Of a stretch of DNA of 64,000 bases, positions 46,104 through 54,439 are shown piece by piece. How positions within the stretch are numbered: position 1 is the first letter of the stretch; each line of letters starts with the position of its first letter. The stretch lies in the NCBI GenBank assembly GCA_045577735.1, contig JAZNIY010000025.1, forward strand, positions 130,007 through 194,006, written 5' to 3'. The notes below the pieces were generated by a model. That model made no database searches. It was given only the letters and a program-made list of their open reading frames with translations, and was not told the DNA's origin. The position numbers were made by a program, and so were the translations under genes. Source of the stretch: Candidatus Stercoripulliclostridium sp. (GTDB lineage Bacteria; Bacillota; Clostridia; Christensenellales; DTU072).

Positions 46104-47810
46104 ATGAATTTAATTATAGAAGGTCATAGCATTACTCCAAGACCCGATACATCTCTTTTTACAATGGTCCAAGAGCTGGGATTGTTTAGTGGCAAGCTTT
46201 CTTCCGACCCCATTGTTGCAAAAATTGCCGGTAGAGTTTTTACCCTTAATTACGTGCCCGTTAGAAGCAAAGATTTAGCACCCGAGCGTGGCTCCATTCG
46301 TAAAGCTATGGCGGCGTCTGACGGCACAGTGGAGTTAATAAGGTACGATTCTCCCATAGGTCGTGACGCATACACTAGAACGGCTCAGTTCGTTATGTTT
46401 TATTCTTTGTATCAATTGTGGCCAAGAGCTAAGGCGCAAATGGCATGTACTATTGGAGCAAGCCTCTACGTTAAAGTGACGAACTGCCCCGAGTTTGACG
46501 TTGAGAAGTTTAAGGAAGAAGTACAAAAGACGGCAAACGAAAACTTTCCGTTGCATCGTCGCAGAATAACCATTCAAGAGGCAATGGATTATTACAATGC
46601 AACAGCCCAAGAGGACAAGGCACGACTGCTTTCTTATCGTAAAAAGCGCACGTTGGACGTTTATGAAAAAGACGACTTTTGTGACTACTTCTACGGAGAA
46701 ATGGCACCCACAACCGGCTTTTTGCGTTCGTGGGATATATTGCCCGCGGAAGAAGGATTCATATTTGTATTCCCCGATATGAATAATCCCGACAGGGTTT
46801 CAACCTACAAAGAAATGCCCAATTTCTTTAACGTGTACAACGAAGGCAAGAGGTGGGGAGCACTAATGGAATGTGAAACCATAGCGGACCTAAACGAGCT
46901 AACCGAGAGCGGAAAGATACGTGAACTTATTCGTGTTAACGAGGCATTACACGAAAAGAGATTCTCTGCCGTTGCAGATATGGTTTGTGAAATGGGGGCA
47001 AGGGTTGTGCTTCTTGCAGGGCCCAGCTCGTCGGGAAAGACCACGTCTGCAAATCGTCTAGCAACCCAGTTGCGCACACACGGCAAGAAGCCAATTTTAA
47101 TGAGCCTTGACGATTATTACATCGATCGTGACAAAATTCTTCCGGGTCCTGATGGTAAGGTTGACCTAGAACACATAAATACCCTTGATACGGCTTTGTT
47201 TAGTGAGCAACTCCAACAACTTCTTTTGGGACAAGAGGTGGAAATTCCCACGTTTAATTTTAAAAAGGGAAAGCGCGAATGGATAGGACACAAAATGAGA
47301 TTAGAGGACAGCTCTATCATTATAATGGAAGGTATTCACGCCTTGAACCCACAATTGCTCCCCGAAAACTTGGATGCTAATTTGATATTTAGGATTTATG
47401 CAAGTCCTTTAATACCATTAAACATGGATGACCATAACAGAATCAACACCAGCTTTTTAAGGTTGCTTCGTAGGACTGTGAGGGATTTTGAATCGCGTGG
47501 CTCTTCCGTTGAGAACACCCTCGATATGTGGCCTTCCGTAAGGCGTGGCGAGGAAAAATGGATATTCCCATACCAAGAGAATGCCGACGTAATATTCAAT
47601 ACTTCTACGCTTTATGAACTTGCCGTTATTAAGAAATTCATCTATCCGTTACTTTTGAAGGTGGAACCGGGTGACGAATGTTATGACCAAGTTAGAAGCA
47701 TGGTAAAGGTATTAAATTACATTACTGAAGCTGACGTAGAGGATGAAATACCCCCAACGAGCATCGTGCGTGAATTTATTGGAGGCAACACTTTCTATCG
47801 TAAAGATTAA
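46104..47810 (+). CDS. long Udk/PRK-family P-loop kinase with TGS-like N-terminal region (nucleoside kinase-like)
   Basis: Start moved to the ATG at 46104, 7 nt after SD AAAGGATGG. The ORF-track start at 46011 lies inside the terminator. P-loop LLAGPSSSGKTT followed by LDDYY and IIMEGIHALN blocks, typical of the uridine kinase/phosphoribulokinase family. Confidence 0.7.
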   Translation: MNLIIEGHSITPRPDTSLFTMVQELGLFSGKLSSDPIVAKIAGRVFTLNYVPVRSKDLAPERGSIRKAMAASDGTVELIRYDSPIGRDAYTRTAQFVMFYSLYQLWPRAKAQMACTIGASLYVKVTNCPEFDVEKFKEEVQKTANENFPLHRRRITIQEAMDYYNATAQEDKARLLSYRKKRTLDVYEKDDFCDYFYGEMAPTTGFLRSWDILPAEEGFIFVFPDMNNPDRVSTYKEMPNFFNVYNEGKRWGALMECETIADLNELTESGKIRELIRVNEALHEKRFSAVADMVCEMGARVVLLAGPSSSGKTTSANRLATQLRTHGKKPILMSLDDYYIDRDKILPGPDGKVDLEHINTLDTALFSEQLQQLLLGQEVEIPTFNFKKGKREWIGHKMRLEDSSIIIMEGIHALNPQLLPENLDANLIFRIYASPLIPLNMDDHNRINTSFLRLLRRTVRDFESRGSSVENTLDMWPSVRRGEEKWIFPYQENADVIFNTSTLYELAVIKKFIYPLLLKVEPGDECYDQVRSMVKVLNYITEADVEDEIPPTSIVREFIGGNTFYRKD

Positions 47811-47848
47811 CAACTTTTTATTTGTATTGTGACGTTATTGGTAAAATG

Positions 47849-47874
47849 AGGCCACGGGTTATTCCCATGGCCTT
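47849..47874. terminator. bidirectional terminator hairpin between convergent genes
   Basis: AGGCCACGGG-TTATT-CCCATGGCCT (one mismatch) with flanking A/T-rich runs. Confidence 0.6.
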
Positions 47875-47879
47875 AAAAT

Positions 47880-48113
47880 TTATTCTTCAAAATCATTAAA
47901 ATAATCTTTATTAAAAAATTCTGACAAAGTAATGCCTGCCCCTTGGCAAAAAGCTTTTATGGTGGATACTTTGGAGCATTTTGTTCTGCCTTTAATCAAA
48001 TCGTATATGGCAGATGGAGATTTACCACCATTTAATGAAGCTTCACATACGTTTAAATTTTTATCCTTGCAGATTTCTTCAATCCGATTAACGATTGCAT
48101 CATTCAAGTTCAT
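47880..48113 (-). CDS. XRE-family helix-turn-helix transcriptional regulator (77 aa)
   Basis: HTH_3-like pattern: N-terminal RIEEICKDKNL...SAIYDLIKGR...TIKAFCQGAGITLSEFF. SD AAGGTG. Confidence 0.75.
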   Translation of the reverse strand: MNLNDAIVNRIEEICKDKNLNVCEASLNGGKSPSAIYDLIKGRTKCSKVSTIKAFCQGAGITLSEFFNKDYFNDFEE

Positions 48114-48122
48114 ATAATCACC

Positions 48123-48250
48123 TTCGTGGAGTTTCTTATCGCTATTCCACGAAAGTATTATATGAATTGTTTAAAAATTTATCTCGTGGAGTTCCACGAA
48201 ATTGACAGAGTTAAATGGATTTTTGTATAATTATTTGTGGAGTTCCACGA
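48123..48250. promoter_or_regulatory. three copies of a TTCGTGGA / TCCACGAA inverted-repeat operator in the divergent control region
   Basis: O1 is 48123-48153, with halves 15 nt apart. O2 is 48184-48199 (TCGTGGA-GT-TCCACGA), abutting the -35. O3 is 48235-48250 (TTGTGGA-GT-TCCACGA), between the -10 and the SD. Confidence 0.7.
48202..48231 (+). promoter_or_regulatory. promoter of the SLOG-like gene
   Basis: TTGACA (48202-48207), 18 nt, TG-TATAAT (48226-48231). Confidence 0.6.
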
Positions 48251-48268
48251 AAAAAGCAGAGGTGGAGT

Positions 48269-48769
48269 ATGAAGGTTTGTTTTATTGGTCACAAAAATAT
48301 ACAAAAAGACGATGAACTTGAAATGTTATTAGAACAAACAGTAATAAAGCTCATAAAAAGTGGAGCTAAGACTTTTCTTTTTGGTAGCATGAGTGAGTTT
48401 GACGATTTTTCATGGGGAGTCGTTACAAAATTAAGACTACAGTTCCCCTGGATTAAACGAGTATACGTTAGGGCGGTTAATCAGAATATAGATGTTTTAT
48501 ACGAAAAATATTTGCTTGAATCTTATGAAGAAACGTTTTTTCCATCAAAGTTAGAAAAAGCGGGTAGACATTCTTACGTGGAGCGAAACTTTGAGATGAT
48601 TGACAATGCCACGTATTGTATATTTTATTATAACGAAAACTACGTTCCGGTTGGTTTGCGTGAACGAAAGAGTGGTACAAAAATTGCTTATAACTATGCA
48701 ATTAAAAAGAAGAAAAAAATAATCAATTTGTATAGGGATAAAATTTTTTGTCAAAAAGATTGGAAATAA
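48269..48769 (+). CDS. SLOG/DUF1273-like (YpsA/YoqJ-like) protein
   Basis: Start moved to the ATG at 48269, after SD GAGGTGGAG. The MKVCFIGHKN N-terminal strand, FLFGSMSEFD and ERNFEMIDNATYCIFYY pattern resemble the Rossmann-like SLOG fold. Identified by eye only. Confidence 0.5.
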   Translation: MKVCFIGHKNIQKDDELEMLLEQTVIKLIKSGAKTFLFGSMSEFDDFSWGVVTKLRLQFPWIKRVYVRAVNQNIDVLYEKYLLESYEETFFPSKLEKAGRHSYVERNFEMIDNATYCIFYYNENYVPVGLRERKSGTKIAYNYAIKKKKKIINLYRDKIFCQKDWK

Positions 48770-48777
48770 AGTGTAAG

Positions 48778-48806
48778 AAAAAAGGAACTCTTTCGAGTTC
48801 CTTTTA
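48778..48806. terminator. bidirectional Rho-independent terminator
   Basis: A6-GGAACTC-TTTC-GAGTTCC-T4, between convergent genes. Confidence 0.75.
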
Positions 48807-48817
48807 CTTTTGGTATA

Positions 48818-49753
48818 TTAGTTGAAAGCCTTTCCACTGCAACCAAGAACGTTTTGGATCTTGTGTTTTACGATTTCTTTTACGCGTTCTCTAGCAGGTC
48901 CCAAGTATTGACGGGGGTCAAAGTGGGAGGGATTTTCGTTGAAGTACTTACGTAGGGTTGCAGTCATAGCCATACGAAGGTCGGAGTCGATGTTGATCTT
49001 ACATACTGCCATGGTAGCTGCTTGACGAAGCATTTCTTCCGGAACACCCTTTGCACCGGGCATGTTGCCACCGTAACGGTTGATTTCTTCTGCAAGATAT
49101 TGGGGAACAGAGCTTGCACCGTGAAGAACGATGGGGAAGTTGGGAAGGCGACGGCCTACTTCTTCAAGGATATCGAAACGAAGTTTTGCTTCGCCCTTGA
49201 ACTTGAATGCGCCGTGGCTGGTTCCGATAGCGATTGCCAAGCTGTCAACGCCGGTCTTTTCTACAAATTCTTGTACTTGGTCGGGATCGGTATAGCAAGC
49301 ATCAGCTGCAGATACGTTAACGTCATCTTCGATACCTGCAAGTTTACCAAGTTCAGCTTCAACAACTACACCGTGGTCGTGTGCATATTCAACAACGTTG
49401 CGGGTAATTTTGATGTTGTCTGCAAAACTCTTGCTGGAAGCGTCGATCATAACGGAAGTGAATCCTTTGTCTACGCAATCTTTACAGAGTTCGAAAGAAT
49501 CACCGTGGTCGAGGTGTAAGCAGATGGGAAGACCGGTGTCTTCTACTGCTGCTTCAACGAGCTTTTTGAGATAGGTGGGGTTTGCATATTTACGAGCACC
49601 GGCACTTACTTGAAGGATAAGGGGAGCATTTTCTTCCTTACCTGCAGCAACGATACCTTGGATGATTTCCATGTTGTTAACGTTAAAAGCACCGATTGCA
49701 TAACCGCCTGCATAGGCTTTTTCAAACATTTCTTTACTGGTTACTAAAGGCAT
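48818..49753 (-). CDS. fba: class II fructose-1,6-bisphosphate aldolase
   Basis: GAFNVNN, HLDHG, GTSHGAFK and LHGASS motifs. Start set at the ATG 6 nt after SD GGAGGA (MPLVTSKEMF). Confidence 0.9.
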   Translation of the reverse strand: MPLVTSKEMFEKAYAGGYAIGAFNVNNMEIIQGIVAAGKEENAPLILQVSAGARKYANPTYLKKLVEAAVEDTGLPICLHLDHGDSFELCKDCVDKGFTSVMIDASSKSFADNIKITRNVVEYAHDHGVVVEAELGKLAGIEDDVNVSAADACYTDPDQVQEFVEKTGVDSLAIAIGTSHGAFKFKGEAKLRFDILEEVGRRLPNFPIVLHGASSVPQYLAEEINRYGGNMPGAKGVPEEMLRQAATMAVCKINIDSDLRMAMTATLRKYFNENPSHFDPRQYLGPARERVKEIVKHKIQNVLGCSGKAFN

Positions 49754-49782
49754 AATTGGTCCTCCATTTTGTAATTGCATAT

Positions 49783-49811
49783 ATTATACAACGAAAAAAT
49801 TGTAATGTAAA
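49783..49811 (-). promoter_or_regulatory. fba promoter
   Basis: On the minus strand: TTTACA, 17 nt, TG-TATAAT. Confidence 0.55.
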
Positions 49812-49842
49812 ATAAATAATTAAAGTTTGGAAATTATATTAC

Positions 49843-49871
49843 TTGTTAAAAATATAGTTTTACTATATAAT
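49843..49871 (+). promoter_or_regulatory. promoter placed immediately before the methyltransferase start codon
   Basis: TTGTTA, 17 nt, TATAAT (49866-49871). The ATG lies only 6 nt downstream and there is no SD. Confidence 0.5.
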
Positions 49872-49877
49872 TTAGAT

Positions 49878-50600
49878 ATGCTGTTACAAAATGAAGAAAT
49901 ATTTGACCTTGAGTGTCACGGATTAAAAATTATTCAGTCTACCAAAGGCTACGCATTCACGACCGATGCCGTGCTTCTTGCCAATACCGTTAAGGCCTAC
50001 AGAAACGAAACGGTAGTTGAGCTTGGTGCCGGTAGCGCCGTTATAAGCCTACTTCTTTCTAAAAAAACGCCCGCAAAGGAGATCGTTGGCATAGAACTTC
50101 AGCCAAGGCTTGCCGATATGGCTACGCGCTCCGTTGAGTTAAACCAGCTTGCCGACAGGGTGAGGATAATTAATTGCAATATGAAAGAGGCTCATTTGCA
50201 TCTAACGAAGAGTGTTGACGTCGTTTGCGTTAATCCCCCTTATATGGAGTATGACGGCGAAGTGGAGAACGCCAGCGAAATAGATATTTGTAAACGTGAG
50301 GTTTATATCACCCTAAAAGAAGTAGTGGAGTGCGCAAGTAGAATTTTAAAATATGGTGGTAGATTCTATCTTATCGTTAAGGCAGAGAGGCTAACCGACC
50401 TCATTAGTGCTATGCGTGAGTATAAAATTGAGCCCAAGGCACTAATTCCCGTGCAACCCACTTTGAAGAAGGACATAGATACGATTATAGTCGAGGGTAG
50501 AAAAAACGGCAATAACGGCATAAAGATTTATAAACCCCTTGTTATTTGTAACGAGGACGGCAGTTATACTAAAGAAGTAGAGGAGATGTACAGGAAATGA
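49878..50600 (+). CDS. class I SAM-dependent N6-adenine methyltransferase (TrmN6/YfiC-like)
   Basis: SAM motif VELGAGSAV and catalytic NPPY. Start set at the ATG at 49878; the ORF-track TTG at 49827 is an AT-rich extension. Confidence 0.7.
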   Translation: MLLQNEEIFDLECHGLKIIQSTKGYAFTTDAVLLANTVKAYRNETVVELGAGSAVISLLLSKKTPAKEIVGIELQPRLADMATRSVELNQLADRVRIINCNMKEAHLHLTKSVDVVCVNPPYMEYDGEVENASEIDICKREVYITLKEVVECASRILKYGGRFYLIVKAERLTDLISAMREYKIEPKALIPVQPTLKKDIDTIIVEGRKNGNNGIKIYKPLVICNEDGSYTKEVEEMYRK

Positions 50601-51403
50601 GTAAAGGTATTCTCTACGTAGTAGGTACACCCATAGGTAATCTACAAGACATAACCTTAAGAGCGCTTGAAACGCTTAAATCGGTCGATATGATAGCTTG
50701 CGAGGACACTCGTCACACTCGCATTTTACTTGATAGATACGAAATCAAAAAGCCACTTGTAAGTTACTATAAGCAAAAAGAGCGCGAGGGCACGGAAAAA
50801 ATTGTTTCCGATCTAGAAAATGGTGCGAACGTTGCTTTGGTTACCGATGCCGGTACGCCTTGCATATCCGATCCCGGCGCAATTCTGGTTGCAAAGTGTA
50901 TTGAATTAGGAATAGAGGTACAATCCGTTCCCGGCCCCAGTGCAGTGGCGACGGCAATGAGTGTTGCCGGCGTTTACTCGCCTAGGTTTGCTTTCATTGG
51001 CTTTTTGCCCGAAAAGAAGGGTGACAAAGACAAATTAGTCGATGAGATTAAGGGATATGACCTGCCTCTTGTATTCTACTGCGCTCCCCACGATTTGGAA
51101 AGGGTAATATCATACCTTTATGAAAAGATGGGCGACAGACCATTAACCGTTGTTAAGGAGCTAACTAAACTGCATGAAACCGTTTACAAGGGCACGCTTG
51201 GGAACATCGAGATTTTAAACGATAAGGGTGAATTCGTGCTAATTGTAGAGCCCCTAGAAGAAGAAAAAGAGGACGTTGACGTAGAGCAGGAGCTTCTAAA
51301 CTTAATCAATAGTGGAGTAAGCAAAAAAGAGGCTGTAAAAATTGTTTCTAGCAAATACAACTTGCCTAAAAACGAGGTTTACGCAGTAGCCGTTAAACTA
51401 TAA
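50597..51403 (+). CDS. rsmI: 16S rRNA (cytidine1402-2'-O)-methyltransferase
   Basis: LYVVGTPIGNLQDIT, EDTR and DAGTPCISDPG tetrapyrrole-methylase-fold motifs. ATGA overlap with the upstream gene. Confidence 0.9.
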   Translation: MSKGILYVVGTPIGNLQDITLRALETLKSVDMIACEDTRHTRILLDRYEIKKPLVSYYKQKEREGTEKIVSDLENGANVALVTDAGTPCISDPGAILVAKCIELGIEVQSVPGPSAVATAMSVAGVYSPRFAFIGFLPEKKGDKDKLVDEIKGYDLPLVFYCAPHDLERVISYLYEKMGDRPLTVVKELTKLHETVYKGTLGNIEILNDKGEFVLIVEPLEEEKEDVDVEQELLNLINSGVSKKEAVKIVSSKYNLPKNEVYAVAVKL

Positions 51404-51899
51404 GTCTTGCTAATGCGCAAGCAACTAAGGTGCCAATAAAAGAACTAAACAGGGCAATAGGAATAGCAAGCCCTGTTTTTTTGTCTTCTTGAGTAGAAAA
51501 GTATACGCTTATTACGTAAAAAATGGTTTCCGTTGACCCCATAATTATGCTGGCAGTTACACCAATAAAGGAATCTGCTCCGTATTTAAGGTAAATGTTT
51601 TCTAGTAGCGCAAGACTTCCACTTCCCGAAAGTGGGCGTAAAATAATCAGTTCCAGTAGCTCTTTCGGTATCCCAAGATACGAAAATATGGGTGCAACAA
51701 CGCTTGCGAGCATTTTGCTTACACCGCTTTGTTGCATTAGTGATATTGCAATAAAAACGGCAATTAGGTTGGGAACAAGTTTAATAGTTAGTGTTAGTGC
51801 CTCGGAAATGCCGGCAGTTAGGCTTTCAAGAAAATTCACCCGTTTTATTGCAGAAAGAATAAAGACGGAAAGCAGAATTAATGGTGCCAAATAGTTCAT
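51393..51899 (-). CDS. spmB: spore maturation protein B (nucleoside-recognition GATE domain membrane protein)
   Basis: 168 aa and polytopic. Paired and overlapping (ATGA) with the spmA-like gene. Confidence 0.7.
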   Translation of the reverse strand: MNYLAPLILLSVFILSAIKRVNFLESLTAGISEALTLTIKLVPNLIAVFIAISLMQQSGVSKMLASVVAPIFSYLGIPKELLELIILRPLSGSGSLALLENIYLKYGADSFIGVTASIIMGSTETIFYVISVYFSTQEDKKTGLAIPIALFSSFIGTLVACALARLIV

Positions 51900-52426
51900 T
51901 TTTTAACAAGCAATTTAACGAGTATTATGCCAATGGACGTAGTTATTATGGTGGCAATTAAAGAAGGGAGTACAATATCTATTATAGCGCCCTTACTGGA
52001 GCGCATCGCTATTACCGTTGTGGGTACCAGTTGAATGGAAAGGGAGTTAATTACCACCAGCATAGTTTTATTCTTTTTCGAGGTCATGTTTTCCATGGCG
52101 TTTAGTCCACTAGGCGTAGATGCGCCACCTATTCCCAGAAGGTTTCCACTAAGGTTTATGGAAAGATGTTCGTAGGTTTTTTCTTTTTCATTAGGAAAAA
52201 GAAATTTGTTTACCGGAAGCAATAGTTTTTGGCTTTTTTTACTAATACCACTTTTTTCTAGCATCTTGGTCGCCGGTAGCCAAACGCAGTATGAAGCAAA
52301 AAGAATGGGTAAAAATTTAATGGTATTTTCACACCCTGCCATTATGCTGGGTATAAGGTCGTTTGGTTGCTCAAAAATAATGACTAGCGAACAACCTATG
52401 TAGATAAGGAGAAGCACAACGTTCAC
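51896..52426 (-). CDS. spmA: spore maturation protein A
   Basis: NLLGIGGASTPSGLNAM and VINSLSIQLVPTTVIAMR blocks are typical of SpmA. GTG start. Confidence 0.7.
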   Translation of the reverse strand: MNVVLLLIYIGCSLVIIFEQPNDLIPSIMAGCENTIKFLPILFASYCVWLPATKMLEKSGISKKSQKLLLPVNKFLFPNEKEKTYEHLSINLSGNLLGIGGASTPSGLNAMENMTSKKNKTMLVVINSLSIQLVPTTVIAMRSSKGAIIDIVLPSLIATIITTSIGIILVKLLVKK

Positions 52427-52470
52427 AATAAAATTTTATTCGCGCGCGTAATATTTTATTACAATGGGTA

Positions 52471-52499
52471 TTGATTTACGTTTTTCGGTGTGTTAAAAT
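52471..52499 (+). promoter_or_regulatory. uxuA promoter abutting the start codon
   Basis: TTGATT, 17 nt, TAAAAT (52494-52499). The ATG lies 6 nt downstream and there is no SD. Confidence 0.45.
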
Positions 52500-52505
52500 A
52501 TAGTT

Positions 52506-53546
52506 ATGAAAATGACGTTTAGATGGTATGGTCCTAGTGACAGTATATCAATTGAGAGTATATCCCAAATCCCTGCAGTTGAAGGTGTAGTTTCAGCTGT
52601 ATATGGGGTGCCCGTTGGCGAGGTTTGGAGTGAAGAGGCGATTCTTACTCTAAAAAACACCGCAAACGCCAATGGCCTTACCTTTGAAGTGGTAGAATCG
52701 GTGCCCGTTCACGAAGATATTAAACTTGGTGCACCGACTCGTGATAGATTAATAGCAAACTATTGCGAAAATATAAGACGTCTTGCCAAGCACGGCGTTA
52801 AATGTATTTGCTACAACTTTATGCCAGTTTTCGATTGGCTACGTAGCGAAATGGAGCGTCAACTTGCAGATGGTTCCAATGCGCTTGCATACGATGAAGA
52901 AACCGTTCTCGCACTCAATCCATTAAATACCACTCTTTCTCTTCCCGGTTGGGACGAGAGTTATACTCACGAAGAGATGGTTGGGCTTTTGAATGCTTAC
53001 AAAGACATTGACGAGGACAAACTTTTTGAAAACTTGAAGTATTTCCTAGATAGAGTCATTCCCGTTGCAGAGGAGTGCGACGTAACCATGGCTATTCACC
53101 CCGACGATCCACCGTGGGGTATCTTTGGTTTACCTAGAATTATCACCGACAAAAACAACCTCAAGAGGTTCCTTGATTTGTATCCCAGCAAGTACAACGG
53201 CGTGACCTTTTGTACGGGCAGTTGGGGTGCAAGCGTAGATAACGATCTTATCGAAATGATAAACGTTGCTAAGGGTAGAATTCATTTCGTACACTTGCGC
53301 AACATCAAGCACACGGGATATAGAAGGTTTGAAGAATCGGGACACCTAACGTCCAAAGGAAGTTTGGATATGTACAAAATAGTAAAGGCGCTAGTGGACG
53401 TTGGCTTTGACGGATACGTTCGTCCCGACCATGGTAGAATGATTTGGGGCGAAACCGGTAAGCCCGGATACGGCTTGTACGATAGAGCTCTTGGCGCAAT
53501 GTATCTATACGGACTCATAGAAGCCGTTGAACAAGAAAATAAATAA
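52506..53546 (+). CDS. uxuA: mannonate dehydratase
   Basis: The MKMTFRWYGP N-terminus, CYNFMPVFDW, AIHPDDPP, and FVHLRN blocks match UxuA. Confidence 0.85.
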   Translation: MKMTFRWYGPSDSISIESISQIPAVEGVVSAVYGVPVGEVWSEEAILTLKNTANANGLTFEVVESVPVHEDIKLGAPTRDRLIANYCENIRRLAKHGVKCICYNFMPVFDWLRSEMERQLADGSNALAYDEETVLALNPLNTTLSLPGWDESYTHEEMVGLLNAYKDIDEDKLFENLKYFLDRVIPVAEECDVTMAIHPDDPPWGIFGLPRIITDKNNLKRFLDLYPSKYNGVTFCTGSWGASVDNDLIEMINVAKGRIHFVHLRNIKHTGYRRFEESGHLTSKGSLDMYKIVKALVDVGFDGYVRPDHGRMIWGETGKPGYGLYDRALGAMYLYGLIEAVEQENK

Positions 53547-53563
53547 TCCATTTAGGAGAAAAT

Positions 53564-54409
53564 ATGAATCGTTATAACGTGGATTTAAGTGGTAAAAACG
53601 TTGCCATTACCGGCGCTGCCGGTGCAATATGCGCCGAATTCGCAGTTGAAATGGCAAAGGTTGGAGCAAGAGTTGCTCTATTAGATATCAATTTGGACAA
53701 GGCGCAAGAAGTTGCCGATAAAATTAATGCAAGCGGTGGCTTTGCACGTGCATATTATGCTAACGTACTTGATCGCGCTTGTCTTGACGAATGTTACGAA
53801 AAGGTGGTAGCAGATTTTGGTTCCGTTAATATTTTGGTTAACGGTGCAGGTGGTAACCATCCTAGCGCAACCACTACCAAAGAATATTACGAAGCAGGGG
53901 ATATTGCCGATGAGAGCGTAAAGAGTTTCTTCGACCTTCCCAACGCACCCATTTCTAAGATATTCGACCTTAACTTCACCTCTATTCTTTTAACTACCCA
54001 AGCATTCGCAAAGGGAATGGTAGAAAACGGTGGAAATATAATTAACATTTCATCGATGAACGCATATCGTCCTTTAACGAAGATTCCCGCATATTCTGCA
54101 GCGAAATCGGCAGTTTCCAACTTTACCGAGTGGTTAGCAGTTCACTTTGCAGGTGTAGGCATTAGAGTAAACGCTATCGCCCCCGGCTTCTTTGTAGGTA
54201 ACCAAAATAGGGGACTTCTTTATACCGAGGACGGTCAATTGACCCCTCGCTCACACAAGATTATTTCCCACACACCCATGGGCAGATTTGGTGAGCTAAG
54301 TGAACTTGTCGGCACCCTTATGTGGCTTGCAGACGATGAGTTTAGCGGGTTCGTAACCGGCATAGTTGTTCCCGTTGATGGTGGATTTAGTGCATATTCC
54401 GGCGTATAG
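53564..54409 (+). CDS. SDR family oxidoreductase (mannonate/fructuronate reductase-like)
   Basis: Contains the cofactor motif ITGAAGAICAEFA, catalytic YSAAKSAV, and the tail PVDGGFSA. Confidence 0.75.
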   Translation: MNRYNVDLSGKNVAITGAAGAICAEFAVEMAKVGARVALLDINLDKAQEVADKINASGGFARAYYANVLDRACLDECYEKVVADFGSVNILVNGAGGNHPSATTTKEYYEAGDIADESVKSFFDLPNAPISKIFDLNFTSILLTTQAFAKGMVENGGNIINISSMNAYRPLTKIPAYSAAKSAVSNFTEWLAVHFAGVGIRVNAIAPGFFVGNQNRGLLYTEDGQLTPRSHKIISHTPMGRFGELSELVGTLMWLADDEFSGFVTGIVVPVDGGFSAYSGV

Positions 54410-54439
54410 TCGTCATTTATTAACGATGGAGGAGAGAAA

